47,715 nt of DNA from Phoronis australis (taxonomy: Eukaryota; Animalia; Phoronida), in assembly GCA_002633005.1 (NCBI GenBank), contig NMRA01000050.1, positions 105,788 through 153,502 on the forward strand, in the 5' to 3' direction. The notes under the pieces were generated by a model. That model was not told the origin of the DNA. It did no database searches and was given only the letters and a program-made list of their open reading frames with translations. A program made the position numbers and the translations under genes. Shown here one piece after another: positions 25,201-37,200 of this stretch; the stretch's first letter is position 1; every line of letters starts with the position of its first letter.

Positions 25201-28200
25201 CCGCAAACGTCACTTCCACATGTTGGTTATTCAGAAAATATATCACAGAAAGAAGATGGAACTTAATGTATACGCATCTTTTATATTGGAAAGCATTATG
25301 CTCTGTCACATTGGAATCGTCTGTGATTATAGCAGTTGAATTTAACGAATTTATTAGAAGCATTTTAGTGCCACAAATCTTGGAATCTGGTTAGAAAGGA
25401 TCTTAAAGAATATTTGATGACTATGTTCTAGATTACCGATTGTCCAAGGAGGAACGTTCTCATTCTTTGCACCTACGTTTGCAATTTTGTCTTCCATGGA
25501 GAAATGTCCTAAAGTTGTCTCATCCAACTGCAGCTTGACAGGTAGTTTTTAAATCTGTTCACACACTGTTAAACCTGAGAAAAACTGATACTACATGTAT
25601 ACAGGTAACTGACAACAGTTGATATTATATCAAAACTATGTTTTCAAAGATCTTTTGAAATGTCATTAACTTGGTAGGTGTAGTGTCACACGAATCCGCT
25701 AAAAGACATTACAATTCCCCTCTTGGTATTGTTTTCCTGGTTGAACTGACAATCAAGTCTCGATCGGAGCAGCCATTAAACAAGGTAACCTTTTCATCCT
25801 GAACAAACGTAAGCTCGTCAAGTGAAATTCAACACCATCGACTATAATGATTCTTGTCTTGGCGTGCATTAATGTTAGTCAATACCGATTACTGTTCATC
25901 ATATTTCTCTATCTATATCTATCTCTACCTCTATATCTATATCTATATGAAGAGATAGATTACCACATGGTGAAATTGTTATCCCCCGTAATCTAGAGCC
26001 CTGGTGGATTTTGGAAATTATCGTCCGAGGGCGAAACGCCGGTATCAAAAAATTCCCGAGGAAGATTAAAGGGGTACGTTCACAACTGTAAATTGTGCTT
26101 TCGCCGAATTTAGATACTTCCTTTAGGTACTTTCAGCGGACTTTTGTATATTTTTTACCTTTTCGGAGTTTTTGGTTCTCTGGGGTGGACCTTTTACCCA
26201 GGGGTGCTCGTTCGAGCCCACGAGCCCCCCCTCTGGGTTTGCGCATGCTCTCTACACGCTCCACAGCATTCCGACTTTTCAGTTATCATATCTGATATCT
26301 TGGCGTAATGCATGGTTTCTGCTTAGGGCTGAGACTGTTAAGCACCATCGACTTTGTTCTTGGGATTACGCTGTTGTGAATTCTAAACTGCCTTCCCGAA
26401 TTCTCTGCCGATTAAGATGGTACCCGACCAATATATTATTTGATTTTATTGAGCAACATAGTCTATGAGTTACAGATTGAAGTCATTTAAGGATTCTTTT
26501 CTTTCAGCTCTTTGAAATGACTATTCACAGGTTTCGCAGTCCTGATGTCGAATTTCTTAAAACTGTTTGTGAAGGCCTCTGATGTGCCTATGACATATGA
26601 TTAGTAATGCTATGGAATGGTCTTTACTAGTAGGCTTAGGAGGCTCAAAAATTTCCGTTTGATTTCGGGAATACACAGGCCGGGAAGTTCTCTCACGTTC
26701 TCTGTTCTTTAAAAACTGACTCACACAGATCAATACAGATAGTTTGGGTCGCACCATCCGTTGCACCGAAAGATCGGAGATGTACGACGAGGACTTCTGA
26801 GAAGGTCAGGCGGAAAATTTCTGAGCCTCCCTGTGTGTCAAATGCATATCAGAGGCCCCCGGAAGCATTTGACATCTAGACTGCCATGAAACCGGTGTTA
26901 ACGATTCAGGGCCCTCTTGGAAAGCAGTGCTAGCACTGAAGAGGCCACCCTCATTTTAAATATCACAATAATAAATAAATAAATAAAACGATTAGGCAAC
27001 AACTGATCCACCCGAAGACATCTAAAGACGAACTGCACTGAAAAATATAATCCTTGAACGAATTGCACCAAATCTGCAATCATGGAACGTACTGTTCAGC
27101 AAAATTATGTAATAGATTACTCTGGTACCCCAGTCGACAGGCAATTTAATGAATAATGAGAGTCGGGAGGTGGTCTGGATTTAATAACAGCGTCATTATA
27201 CGAAACAAAAAACCATGGTGGTTACAAGCTCAGCCGTCTGTACAACCCTGTATTACGTGCAGCGTTACAAAGCGCTAGGACATCACGCTGACGAAGACTT
27301 TAACCAGACAACTGAGAAGCCGAAAATTCCTGATAATGTTTGTGGGTGCAAAGCATGAAATACATTTACCCATATATCGGACGCCCTCACTAAACAATTT
27401 AGGAACAAAAGATTTGCTACTTCAGTTTTGCTTTTGATTTTTTGTACTCTACTTTTCTATACCCGCATAGGGTGCAAATGAACTTGGCCGAGGTCAGAGC
27501 CACTTCAGGAGTCGGCTAACCGCCCGTGGGGGAGATCATACATCGGCCGTTCTTAGCCGTCCCCTAGGCCTAACCGCCCTCTACGTCTGGCGTCGCCTGA
27601 TCGACAAAGTATTCGTGACTCTACTAGAAGTGTGCAGAAGGGGGGTGGGAGGGCCGGGAGGGCAGTGGTCGGGAGCGGCCAAGGCATCCACATTTTGGGC
27701 ATCCAGTTACTATGTTCCATCTTTTTTACTTTTCTTAGTACTAGGGTCCGTGCTGTTGAGTTGAGAGAGGAACATCCTGAAAAAAATCGTCCCTCGGCCA
27801 TCAGCAAACCTCTTCACGCTTGTCATCTGCATTGTATGCTAGATGTACCAATTACAGTTTGTAAAGTTTATAAGAATTGAAATTGTCTAATAGATGTTTC
27901 AGCAAAGTCTTCGTGCTCTTCTATGCTACCAACTCTCAACGACACAATTGTAACTGGATCAGTTGAACACAGAGAAGTTTGGCAGTCTAGGCTTAGAGAG
28001 GTGAGTGGGCACATTTCGGTGCTACCCCGTAGAAAATCGTGGGCAAAGGGTACTAAAATATTTTAGTGGTAAACGCGCTTGTTTGAGTTAGGGGGCACGG
28101 TGGCCTAGATAACTGCATCATTTCTTCATACAAAGTCGTGGGTTCGAATCCAGCTAGGAACACTGGTGGACTCAGGAGTCAAGAATCTATCTCTTCAGCT

Positions 28201-31200
28201 CCGTTTTAGCTGTGTATGGATAAAGATTAAAAGAGGTTCCACGTAATCTGTGACATGGGCACACCTGAGAGGCCAGCGTACGTCTGGTACGACGTGTACC
28301 TGACCGCCTACAACTTTTACTTGAATAAGTGAAGTTTATTGTGACGTGTTCTGTTACAGTTTAAGTGTTGTGCGAAAGCTGACGTTGAAACAAGACTTTT
28401 CACATTAAAAGCATGCTACACACTGCGCAATTATTTGCACACGTTATTCACGTGTTTTGCATAACCACTGTAGTGCCATCTGTTTTCTTGCAAATTCTGA
28501 GCTTTTGAGAACTTTCAGATTCAAGGGGCAATAATGGTTGCCTCCCTGTTCCAAGTTGTTATCGGATTCAGCGGTGTCATAGGACTTCTGCTACGATTCA
28601 TTGGACCTCTAGCCATCACACCAACCATTGCTCTTGTCGGTCTTGCGCTGTTCGCGCCAGCGACAGACTTCTGCTCAGGGCAATGGTATATCGCTTTAAC
28701 GTAAGCCTCAAAAATTATGTGACTTGAAATTTAAATTTTCCGTTCTACCTCCTTCTTTTAAACTGCCTGATTTTGGACAGTGTGCAAAAAAACCAGTCGA
28801 AAGGTGATGGCTCATAATCCAAAGCAACGAAGAATTTCTCGCTGAAATGATGGAGAGAACGCTTTTGATCTACTATGAGATTTGTGTACTAAAGCTTGCA
28901 TTTAAAGAGAAAACCAGATATTTTTTGTGTGGCTTTTTCTAAAAATGAAAATCCTCGATTATCTTTGAGATACATGTTTGCCGTTAATTAATTCCCGATG
29001 GCCTTAGCAACGATACGAAGGTGACGTCAATGATGTAGAAAAAAGAAAAATCAGCATCTTGCTCAGGGTGTATTCACCTTCACCAAGCAAACACAATGTC
29101 AAACTGTCTTGCTCAGTGCTCAAAGTGTATTCACCTTCACCAAGCAAACACAATGTCAAACTGTCTTGCTCAGTGCTCAGGGTGTATTCACCTTCACCAA
29201 GCAAACACAATGTCAAACTGTCTACTGTTTTTGTATACGTCGCTTTTCGGTTGTTGTCAAGGGCCGGGCGAACAACATTTAACGTTGAAAAAACGCGTTT
29301 TCAAGAGGACCCGATATTTTCACGTTTAGTGAAGTTAAGATCAATTTGTTTGCTTTTCTTTGAAGCTTTATGTATAACCAAAGAAAGCCTGTTTTTGCTT
29401 TTCACTTGTTTGCTGCGATTTTTTTTTTTGTTATCACAGTTCAGGAAACTCGAGGTAATTCTCATAACATCACTTTTATTTAGATGTGGTAATTCGTATA
29501 ATGCTAGGCGAAGTCTTGACATCTTAAGCACACTGAAACCTAGTTTGCAAGTTATATATTTTATTCTCATATTTTGTTTTAGAACAATCGTTGTCATAAC
29601 AGTTTTCTCTCAATACTTAAGAAACATCGAGATACCTTGTGGAAGAAATGTGGGCTACCCAGTTTTCAAGCTATTTCCGGTTAGTATCAAGTGTAAAGAA
29701 CAACAAAAGCGTAAATTACAACAGTGGTCATTTAATATTCAGCAGTATTTATCCACAATGCTCGTATATTGAGAGCATCACCTATCACTATTTTGAAACT
29801 AAAGTATCATTCCGCATTCTAATGGCGATAAATTTTAGCCAGTGTTGAATAGTGAATTGCAGTGCCGACAACAATGGGAGCCTAATATCGTGCATTAATT
29901 TTTACTCATATCAGCACATTGGCCACGTCATGTAATGCGTTATTTTATATCTATGACAAAGAAGGCGTTACGAAATGGAGATGAGGTAATTGTTTCAACT
30001 GATTTTGAAGTTTTACATTATGTGCTTTTCATCAAGATTTTAGTCGTCGACATTTAATGGTAAAGCATTGAATATTACTAACTTGATGGAGGGAAAGATT
30101 TGGCTAACTAACTGCGTTTATTTTTATCTTCTAGCGAAATAGATTGTTTCCAAACACGTACATGTAGAAGCAAATTGCTAGACAGACGTGTTCGCATGGA
30201 TGAAAATTGGAGTTGTTTACTTGATAACGACCTACTAAAGTCTTTTGTCTATGATTTTCAGATTATACTTGCAATTTTATTGGTGTGGGGTATATGTGCT
30301 ATTTTAACTGCAACAGACGTTCTGCCCAAAGACGCAGGACAGTGGGGTTATAAGGCCCGCACTGATGCTCGAATTTCAGTGCTGAACGATGCAAGTTGGA
30401 TACGATTCCCGTACCCGGGCCAATGGGGATTGCCAACCGTATCGGTGGCGGGAGTGTTTGGAATGTTAGCTGGAGTGCTTGCTTCCATGATTGAATCGGT
30501 TGGCGATTACTACGCATGTGCCAGACTTGCTGGGGCCCCACCACCCCCATTGCACGCAATCAACCGAGGTAAAGTATAACTCTATCCAAGTGGAAATGTC
30601 AAACCAATGTTGTAAAAAGTAACTTTATAGCTTGATGGCTAAGACTGCAAAAGATTGCTGGTAATCTGGAGCCTTTTCACCTTTGCACAAAACATCTACT
30701 ATTGCGGATCTTGAATGCTGCGAGAGGGGCCCAACTAAAGTTCTCTAGGGCGGCAAATCCTGGTGACATGCTGGCAGCGTTATTTTAGAGGTTTGACTAC
30801 GACGTAAGTTAGAAACACAGTTAGTCTGGAGAAGAGGTTCTTCATGTTACAGGTTTCTTCTAAAAAGACGATCACATTTCCCACCATGAGCATGTGGGAG
30901 GTTGCTTCCTTACTTGCAAAAGTCGACACAGATGTCCATGGGGATAGACTTCAATAAATGATCTTGCTTTTCTAGCAAGGTACTTAATCGTTATTGAATT
31001 AGAAACAAGTGTTTTATGTTTTGTCTCCACGTCACACTCTAAATGCAATGACCCGTCACAGTGTCACCTGTGTTCTAAAATGAAACACGTAATGTTTCAC
31101 AGTACATGCAGTAGGTGAACGTCATCGTGTTCGGAGAGTAGAATACCAGTGCTCTGAACACGCTTGATTGCATTATATCACTTAGACATGCGTCTCCTTC

Positions 31201-34200
31201 TGTTCTCTTCCGTTTGAACCATTTCTAACTCCTTCATGTGTCCTTATAAAAACTACTCACGCCGATGCGAAAACCGGAGATGAAAACGCGGGTAACTTGC
31301 AGCCAATCTTAGTCCCCTGTCACACCAAGATAGTTATCACTTCATAAGATATCAAAACACCTCTTGCTTACAAGAATAATTCCCATAAGTGGTATCGTAC
31401 ACAGTGCATTTTTCTGGTCAACGTTTTCAGTTTCCGGCTGCTGAGCACCCGCTTCAACAAGTTTCTGGGATATGGAGACACAATAAAAATGGCGAAGATT
31501 AACTTTGACAAATTCCGACAATTTCTAAATAATTGCATTATCTCATGAATTTAGCCGAAATATTTGACCTAATTTACAAAAATCTACATTCTGCTAGGGG
31601 AAATTGACATGTTGAACAGAGATTGTAATTATTTCGGTTACCCTTACCAGGGACCGTGAACAGATCAAAACAGCGCTATGAAACATTCATATCTTGGCAA
31701 CAGTCAATTCGTTTACAGACTATGTTGTCTTCCAGTGAAGCCTTTCCAAAGGTTATATTTTGATGACTAGGAATGTTCTATTTCTCAGGTATCGGTATTG
31801 AAGGCATTGGCTGCGTGTTGGCCGGAGCTTGGGGAAGCGGCAATGGCACTACTTCTTACAGCGAGAACATTGGGGCGATTGGTATTACCAAGGTATTCCT
31901 TGATGATTTATCTAGCTTTTCAACAAAAATACAGCCGTGTCGTCGAACATGTTATGCCACATATTTATACAGATATATTGCCTTCGTCTCTTTCCGGATT
32001 CCGTTCAGCGATCCTGCCGTGTGGTTTCTCCTAAGTAAAAATTGGCAAGTACATTCCTATGAACCTGGCAACGGATGAAAAGGATCTTTGAAGGACCTGG
32101 CTACCGTTGTGCCCCTTGTAGCAAATTTAGTTCTTAACGTGTGTTTGTCTGCGTCTTCGGAGTTTCTTTTCCGGTTTCATTAACAAAAAAGTGTCAATTA
32201 ATGGAACGACTACGCCTGGCCCATATTTCGCGTCACCAAGCGGACATGTTAACTAGTGTTTAGCTTGTTTTTAATGTTGTACTATTAGTTGTTAAAACCA
32301 CTCAAAGAATTGTTTTGAAGAATTCCATATATTGCACAGCCGAGTGTAAGGCAGTTTAGAAGAACAATGGTGATTTCTTTAGTGCACTTGGTGAATCATC
32401 TTCAGATGGCCTATTGGTTAAATCGCCGTAATCATGTGTAGGGTCGGATTTCGAGTTTTGACCAACCACTTTGCTAAACGCATGTAACACCGGTGCAGTT
32501 TTCAGTTCTCCGTGAATTCGATATTCTTCGGTGACATTTGTTCTGTTGTTATTGAAAAGAATATTGAGACGCCAAGGACCAAAACGGACCGAGTGTTAAA
32601 TATGCTTAATTCTTGTGCTTCCCAGATTCTGGTCGGTTTTGACTTCTTTTAAACTTAAATTAGACAATATTTTATTAGTTTTCACGCCTTTCTGGTTTTT
32701 TCAACAACCACGCTATTTTTTGTCTACAATTAAAACTTTGGCAAAAGTAGACTGGTCGTTCGACGACGCCTTATAAATACCCATCATGAAGAATGCTACA
32801 TGACTTAATGACGAGCGATCGCAAATTTCAGTAACTTATTGTTTTTAATCGCTGAAGAGGAAATTCAATAAAACTTAGTCCATGCCACGCTGTTAGTTTT
32901 CACGTCTAATTTCTGTCGCAGACCATTCCACCTAGTTGCCAATCAAATAAAACCTTGTTCCTACTGTCGTATCGTTTTCTCTCACGGCTGCATGTATTAC
33001 CCGGGACCTGATTCTACATTTTGATTTGCAATTCAATCGAAGTAGGTGGAGTTCACGTTAAGGCTATTTCCATTGGATTAACAGCGTTTCAGATTTCCGG
33101 GGAATTATAGGACTATTTTCAGGATTATTAGAAAATGGGAGGACAAACGTGGAGACTTCTTTGGCCACCGACTTAAAAGTTCACGATTCGATTTAATTTG
33201 AATTCAAGCCGTCTTCCAGGGCTCCGGAAACTTTAATTCATTATTGTCTAAAACATTATAGAAATACTGTGAGTATAGATAATATAACAGTAAGTGACAA
33301 TGTACTAAACAAAACTTAACTGTGACGAGTTTTGAGTATTCTTGTCCACGACGGCGAAACTGTCTTCCTGAGGAAATATGTACATTATGTAAACGTGCAT
33401 TTGTAGACTTGGTGGAGTCCTACATAGGACATCTTCGTGCTGCTGCACGTGTAGGCGTTGCATCGGGCCAGTCATTCACTGAACATATGAGTTCATGCAA
33501 ATATCTCAATTTTCAGGTTGGCAGTCGCAGAGTAATACAAGTGGGCGCTATTATTATGATACTGTTGGCAATCATTGGAAAATTCGGAGCTCTCTTTGTT
33601 ACAATTCCTGATCCAATCATCGGAGGGGTGTTTGTTATCATGTTCGGTAAGTTAATAATAGTTGCTGTGGATATTTTTAATTTCGCGCTATACGTGTGTG
33701 CCCTTGACTGAATACATTGTACGTAGTCTGCTGGCTTTTTGGTGAGAGCTTGTGGTTTCTACAGCATCTGGCTGGTCAGATCGCAGATTACAACATTTAA
33801 CGTTTGGGCGACATTAATGAAAAGTGATATTCCATGGCCAGGTTGGTCAATTTTACACTAAACTTGGAAGTTATCCTACCACGTCTCAGCCAGTCTTAGA
33901 TAGGAATGGTGGTGTAATAATATACATGTACAATTTTTTAAAATTTTTTCGACTAAAATACCCGGATGTGGCATCAGGCGGGGACAATGCGACAGAAATG
34001 CAGGAAAATCCGACTCGATTATGTAGCATAGTCTTCACGTGATTTAGGGATACGCGCGGCTCGCGAGTATGAAGTGAAATTCTGGGCGAGAAATAGTCAT
34101 TTTCCGAAATCACCCCCAGCTCAGAACCGAATCCGAAACTCTCGCGTCGCAAACAAACACTCGTACAGTGTAGTTGGCTGAGCAACATCTCACGCAGCAA

Positions 34201-37200
34201 GGGCGCAGTCTTTTAAGAGCACTTAGTTGGCAAAATTACCAGCCTTTATTTACGTCCGGTAGACAACGTCAGGAATTGGCAATTTGCTCTAAAAATCAAA
34301 AACGCAACGGATTATACTGTTTTATAGCTCGATGGATGATTAAAGTCATATCGCGTTCAACATAATCCCAACAATGCGTTTTCGGCAGTAAAAGCAATGA
34401 TGTCCCCTTAGATCTTTTTGCCTCGGACACTAAGCATGGCGCAAGACAACTGGGCAAACCTCCAAGCATGCATTCTGGCCAATGTCAATGTGTTGTCTGA
34501 CATAGGGGCAACGGCGAATCGGACTTAACTTCAGCGTTCTGTAGTTCATATGGTGACTGTGGACGGTTCTGCCGAAATTTCTGATTAGTGTATGTTCGTT
34601 TTAGCTACATGCATTTTGTAATTCCAGTGAATAGACACCTCTCTAATCTAGCAATTCTATTATTACGCAACTGTATCATTTTAATTTATGACAATAATTA
34701 TTCACACTTTCAGGTATGGTTACGTCCGTGGGGTTGTCAAATCTTCAGTTTGTGGATTTGAATTCCTCCAGAAATCTCTTTATTCTTGGGTTTTCCATAT
34801 TCTTCGGGATTGCTTTGCCACAATGGATTTCGAATCCCCAAAACGATGGTGCGATCAACACGGGTAAGAAAACGTTGTTTGGGAGGTTTGTGGTTTATAT
34901 GAAAGTTACAATGTGCCCGCTCCACCTACATAACGTTCTTAATTGATTGTAGTAAGTCGTCATGTTCCATCTTCGATCACTGCCTTACGGAAGGTTTCTG
35001 ATACACCTGTCATTAGGCATCCTGTCTTTCAGTAGTTTTCAAAATAAACAGGGCCTAGTCTCTAATCTTTTATCTCGAAATGGAACTTGAAATTATGTTT
35101 GCATTTTCTATTCTATTTGTTTGCGAACTCAAGATAAATATAGATTATTACATGGCGAAGTCGTTATTCCCGGTTATCTAGAGCCCGAGAGGATTTTGGA
35201 GAATTTTCGCCCGAGGGGCGTTAGCCCCGAGTGTGATAATTCTCCAAAAGCCAAAATGAGGGCTCTAGGTAAGGGGTATAATGACTGAGAACATGTAATA
35301 ATCTATTTATACCACATACTGAACGAGAAACATTGCAATAAAGCGATCTAACTTTCTCGACTCGCCTCGGCTTTATAACTACTTTCTATATCAGAGGCTC
35401 GGGGTTGGAGGTCGTGACCTTTTAAGAAAAGCCGAGCTTTTTTTGTCAAATAATGATTATACTCAAAACCAATGGCAAATTTAAACAAAATAGAAATGAA
35501 GTGAATCTATAAATTTAGGTTTAGCAACTATTATCTCTTACTACACATTTTATCACGCTAAGCTTCGACCGGGAACATATTGTCTGCTAAAGTAGGTTAC
35601 CACTAGTAACTGAGTGTAATGCTCAAGTCAAAGGATCCCGACAACACTACACCTGCATTCAAATTGGAGATCGGTGATTTACAAGTGAGAGAACACGAGA
35701 GAAAAATTTCACTCATTTAAAATACCGTCTTTATGGAAATTATGGGTCTTATTTTCCATAGCTATAAATGTCGTTGCAATGCCCTTTGCTGAACATGCGA
35801 TTGAACTTGCGCGTGCTCATTTAAGTATTCTATTTTCACGTTCGATGACGTCAGCCGCTGAGTGGTGTAGTGGTGAAGTCGGCGACTTGAAACTCCTGAG
35901 GCCCGGGTTCCAAACCGGCCTCGGTTTCCCGCCAAATTGTTATCAAACTAGTGAGATAACTTTATGGGTTATTACACGGTTGTATCTGCCATTGGAGACT
36001 AAAATTGTGTTATAAGAGTTTATTATTCTATGCTGAAGTACAAAATGACTTATGTAGATAATTTATTAGTCCTAGTTGGCCATTGATAAACCCAATATTA
36101 ATTCTGATTCGAAATTTTGAGTTTTTACTCAAGTTTGTAGCACACACATAAGGGCCTTCAAGTGCAATATTTGGACTACAAACTCATGCGTATTAAACTA
36201 AAATGTATTCGAACACAGTCTCATAACCAGTTCGCAGAGGAATTGCCAAAAATAATTTCGAGCTCATTTCGAGTACAAAAATTCGGCAAACACAACGAGA
36301 CGAGACTAAATATCCTTTTCTCTTCAATATAGACAAAATATTGGCAGGTGTTGCGTCACACACGTTTGGAATCGTGAAAACTAAGTCATTCATAAATATA
36401 CAAGTTGCAGCCAGGCAAAGCAACGTCACATTAAACTCCGATAAAAATATGAAAAAAAATGTTATTTTATTGGGGTAACTCCTCGAATAAACTACCAAAT
36501 ACTTCTGTCTAGAAGATTATCCTTATTTTACAGTATCGCCAAGCCTGCACTAGACTGTGTCCAGGTGTTGTTAATTTTGAAAACCACTGTACACACTGTA
36601 TATATATGTGTAAGATTGCAATTTGTACTGTGAACACAAATGTCTGGCAATTTTCTCCTTAGAGGCTTTTGAAAAGACAAAGAAGTGAAGAAATGCAAGT
36701 GTGCTCAAACACAATAGTAACGTCGTAACTTCTGTCGTTTGGAGTGTTGCAAATGACACTGTCAAACGTTTGCACATTTATTTTGTTACACTTCTTTCGG
36801 TTCTGTTGAATTTACTTACAGGAAGCAATATTGTGGACCAAATCATCAAAGTTTTATTAAGTACAAGCATGTTTGTTGGAGGAGTTATTGGATTTGTTCT
36901 AGACAACACTATGCCCGGTGAGTAATATAGCGCGCCTGCGCATATTCACGAAACATCAAATGTAATCGCACTTATACATCTGCATTACTCTGCTATCCGA
37001 ACAAAATACTTTTTGTCATTCCCAGACCATTTAATGACATCAACCCGCAATTTAAAGTTTATGCTACCTCATATACATGTAGGCCTACATGGTGTCTGAT
37101 GAATTTCTGGTAGTCCTATTGTTGAATAGAGGAAAGGAGATGCTATGGAGACGAAAGAAACCAGTCAACTGTCTGTTCACGGGGACCAGTAGTTTTGTTG

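Noticed and set aside
28091-28160. Functional tRNA gene
   Set aside because: A and B boxes are present but there is no pairing anticodon or acceptor stem and it continues into a body sequence, so it is SINE-like.
29059-29772. 237-aa ORF with repeated [14 protein letters not shown] units
   Set aside because: It is a 57-bp minisatellite plus T-rich intron read through into a real SLC23 exon (29583-29679), not a separate gene.
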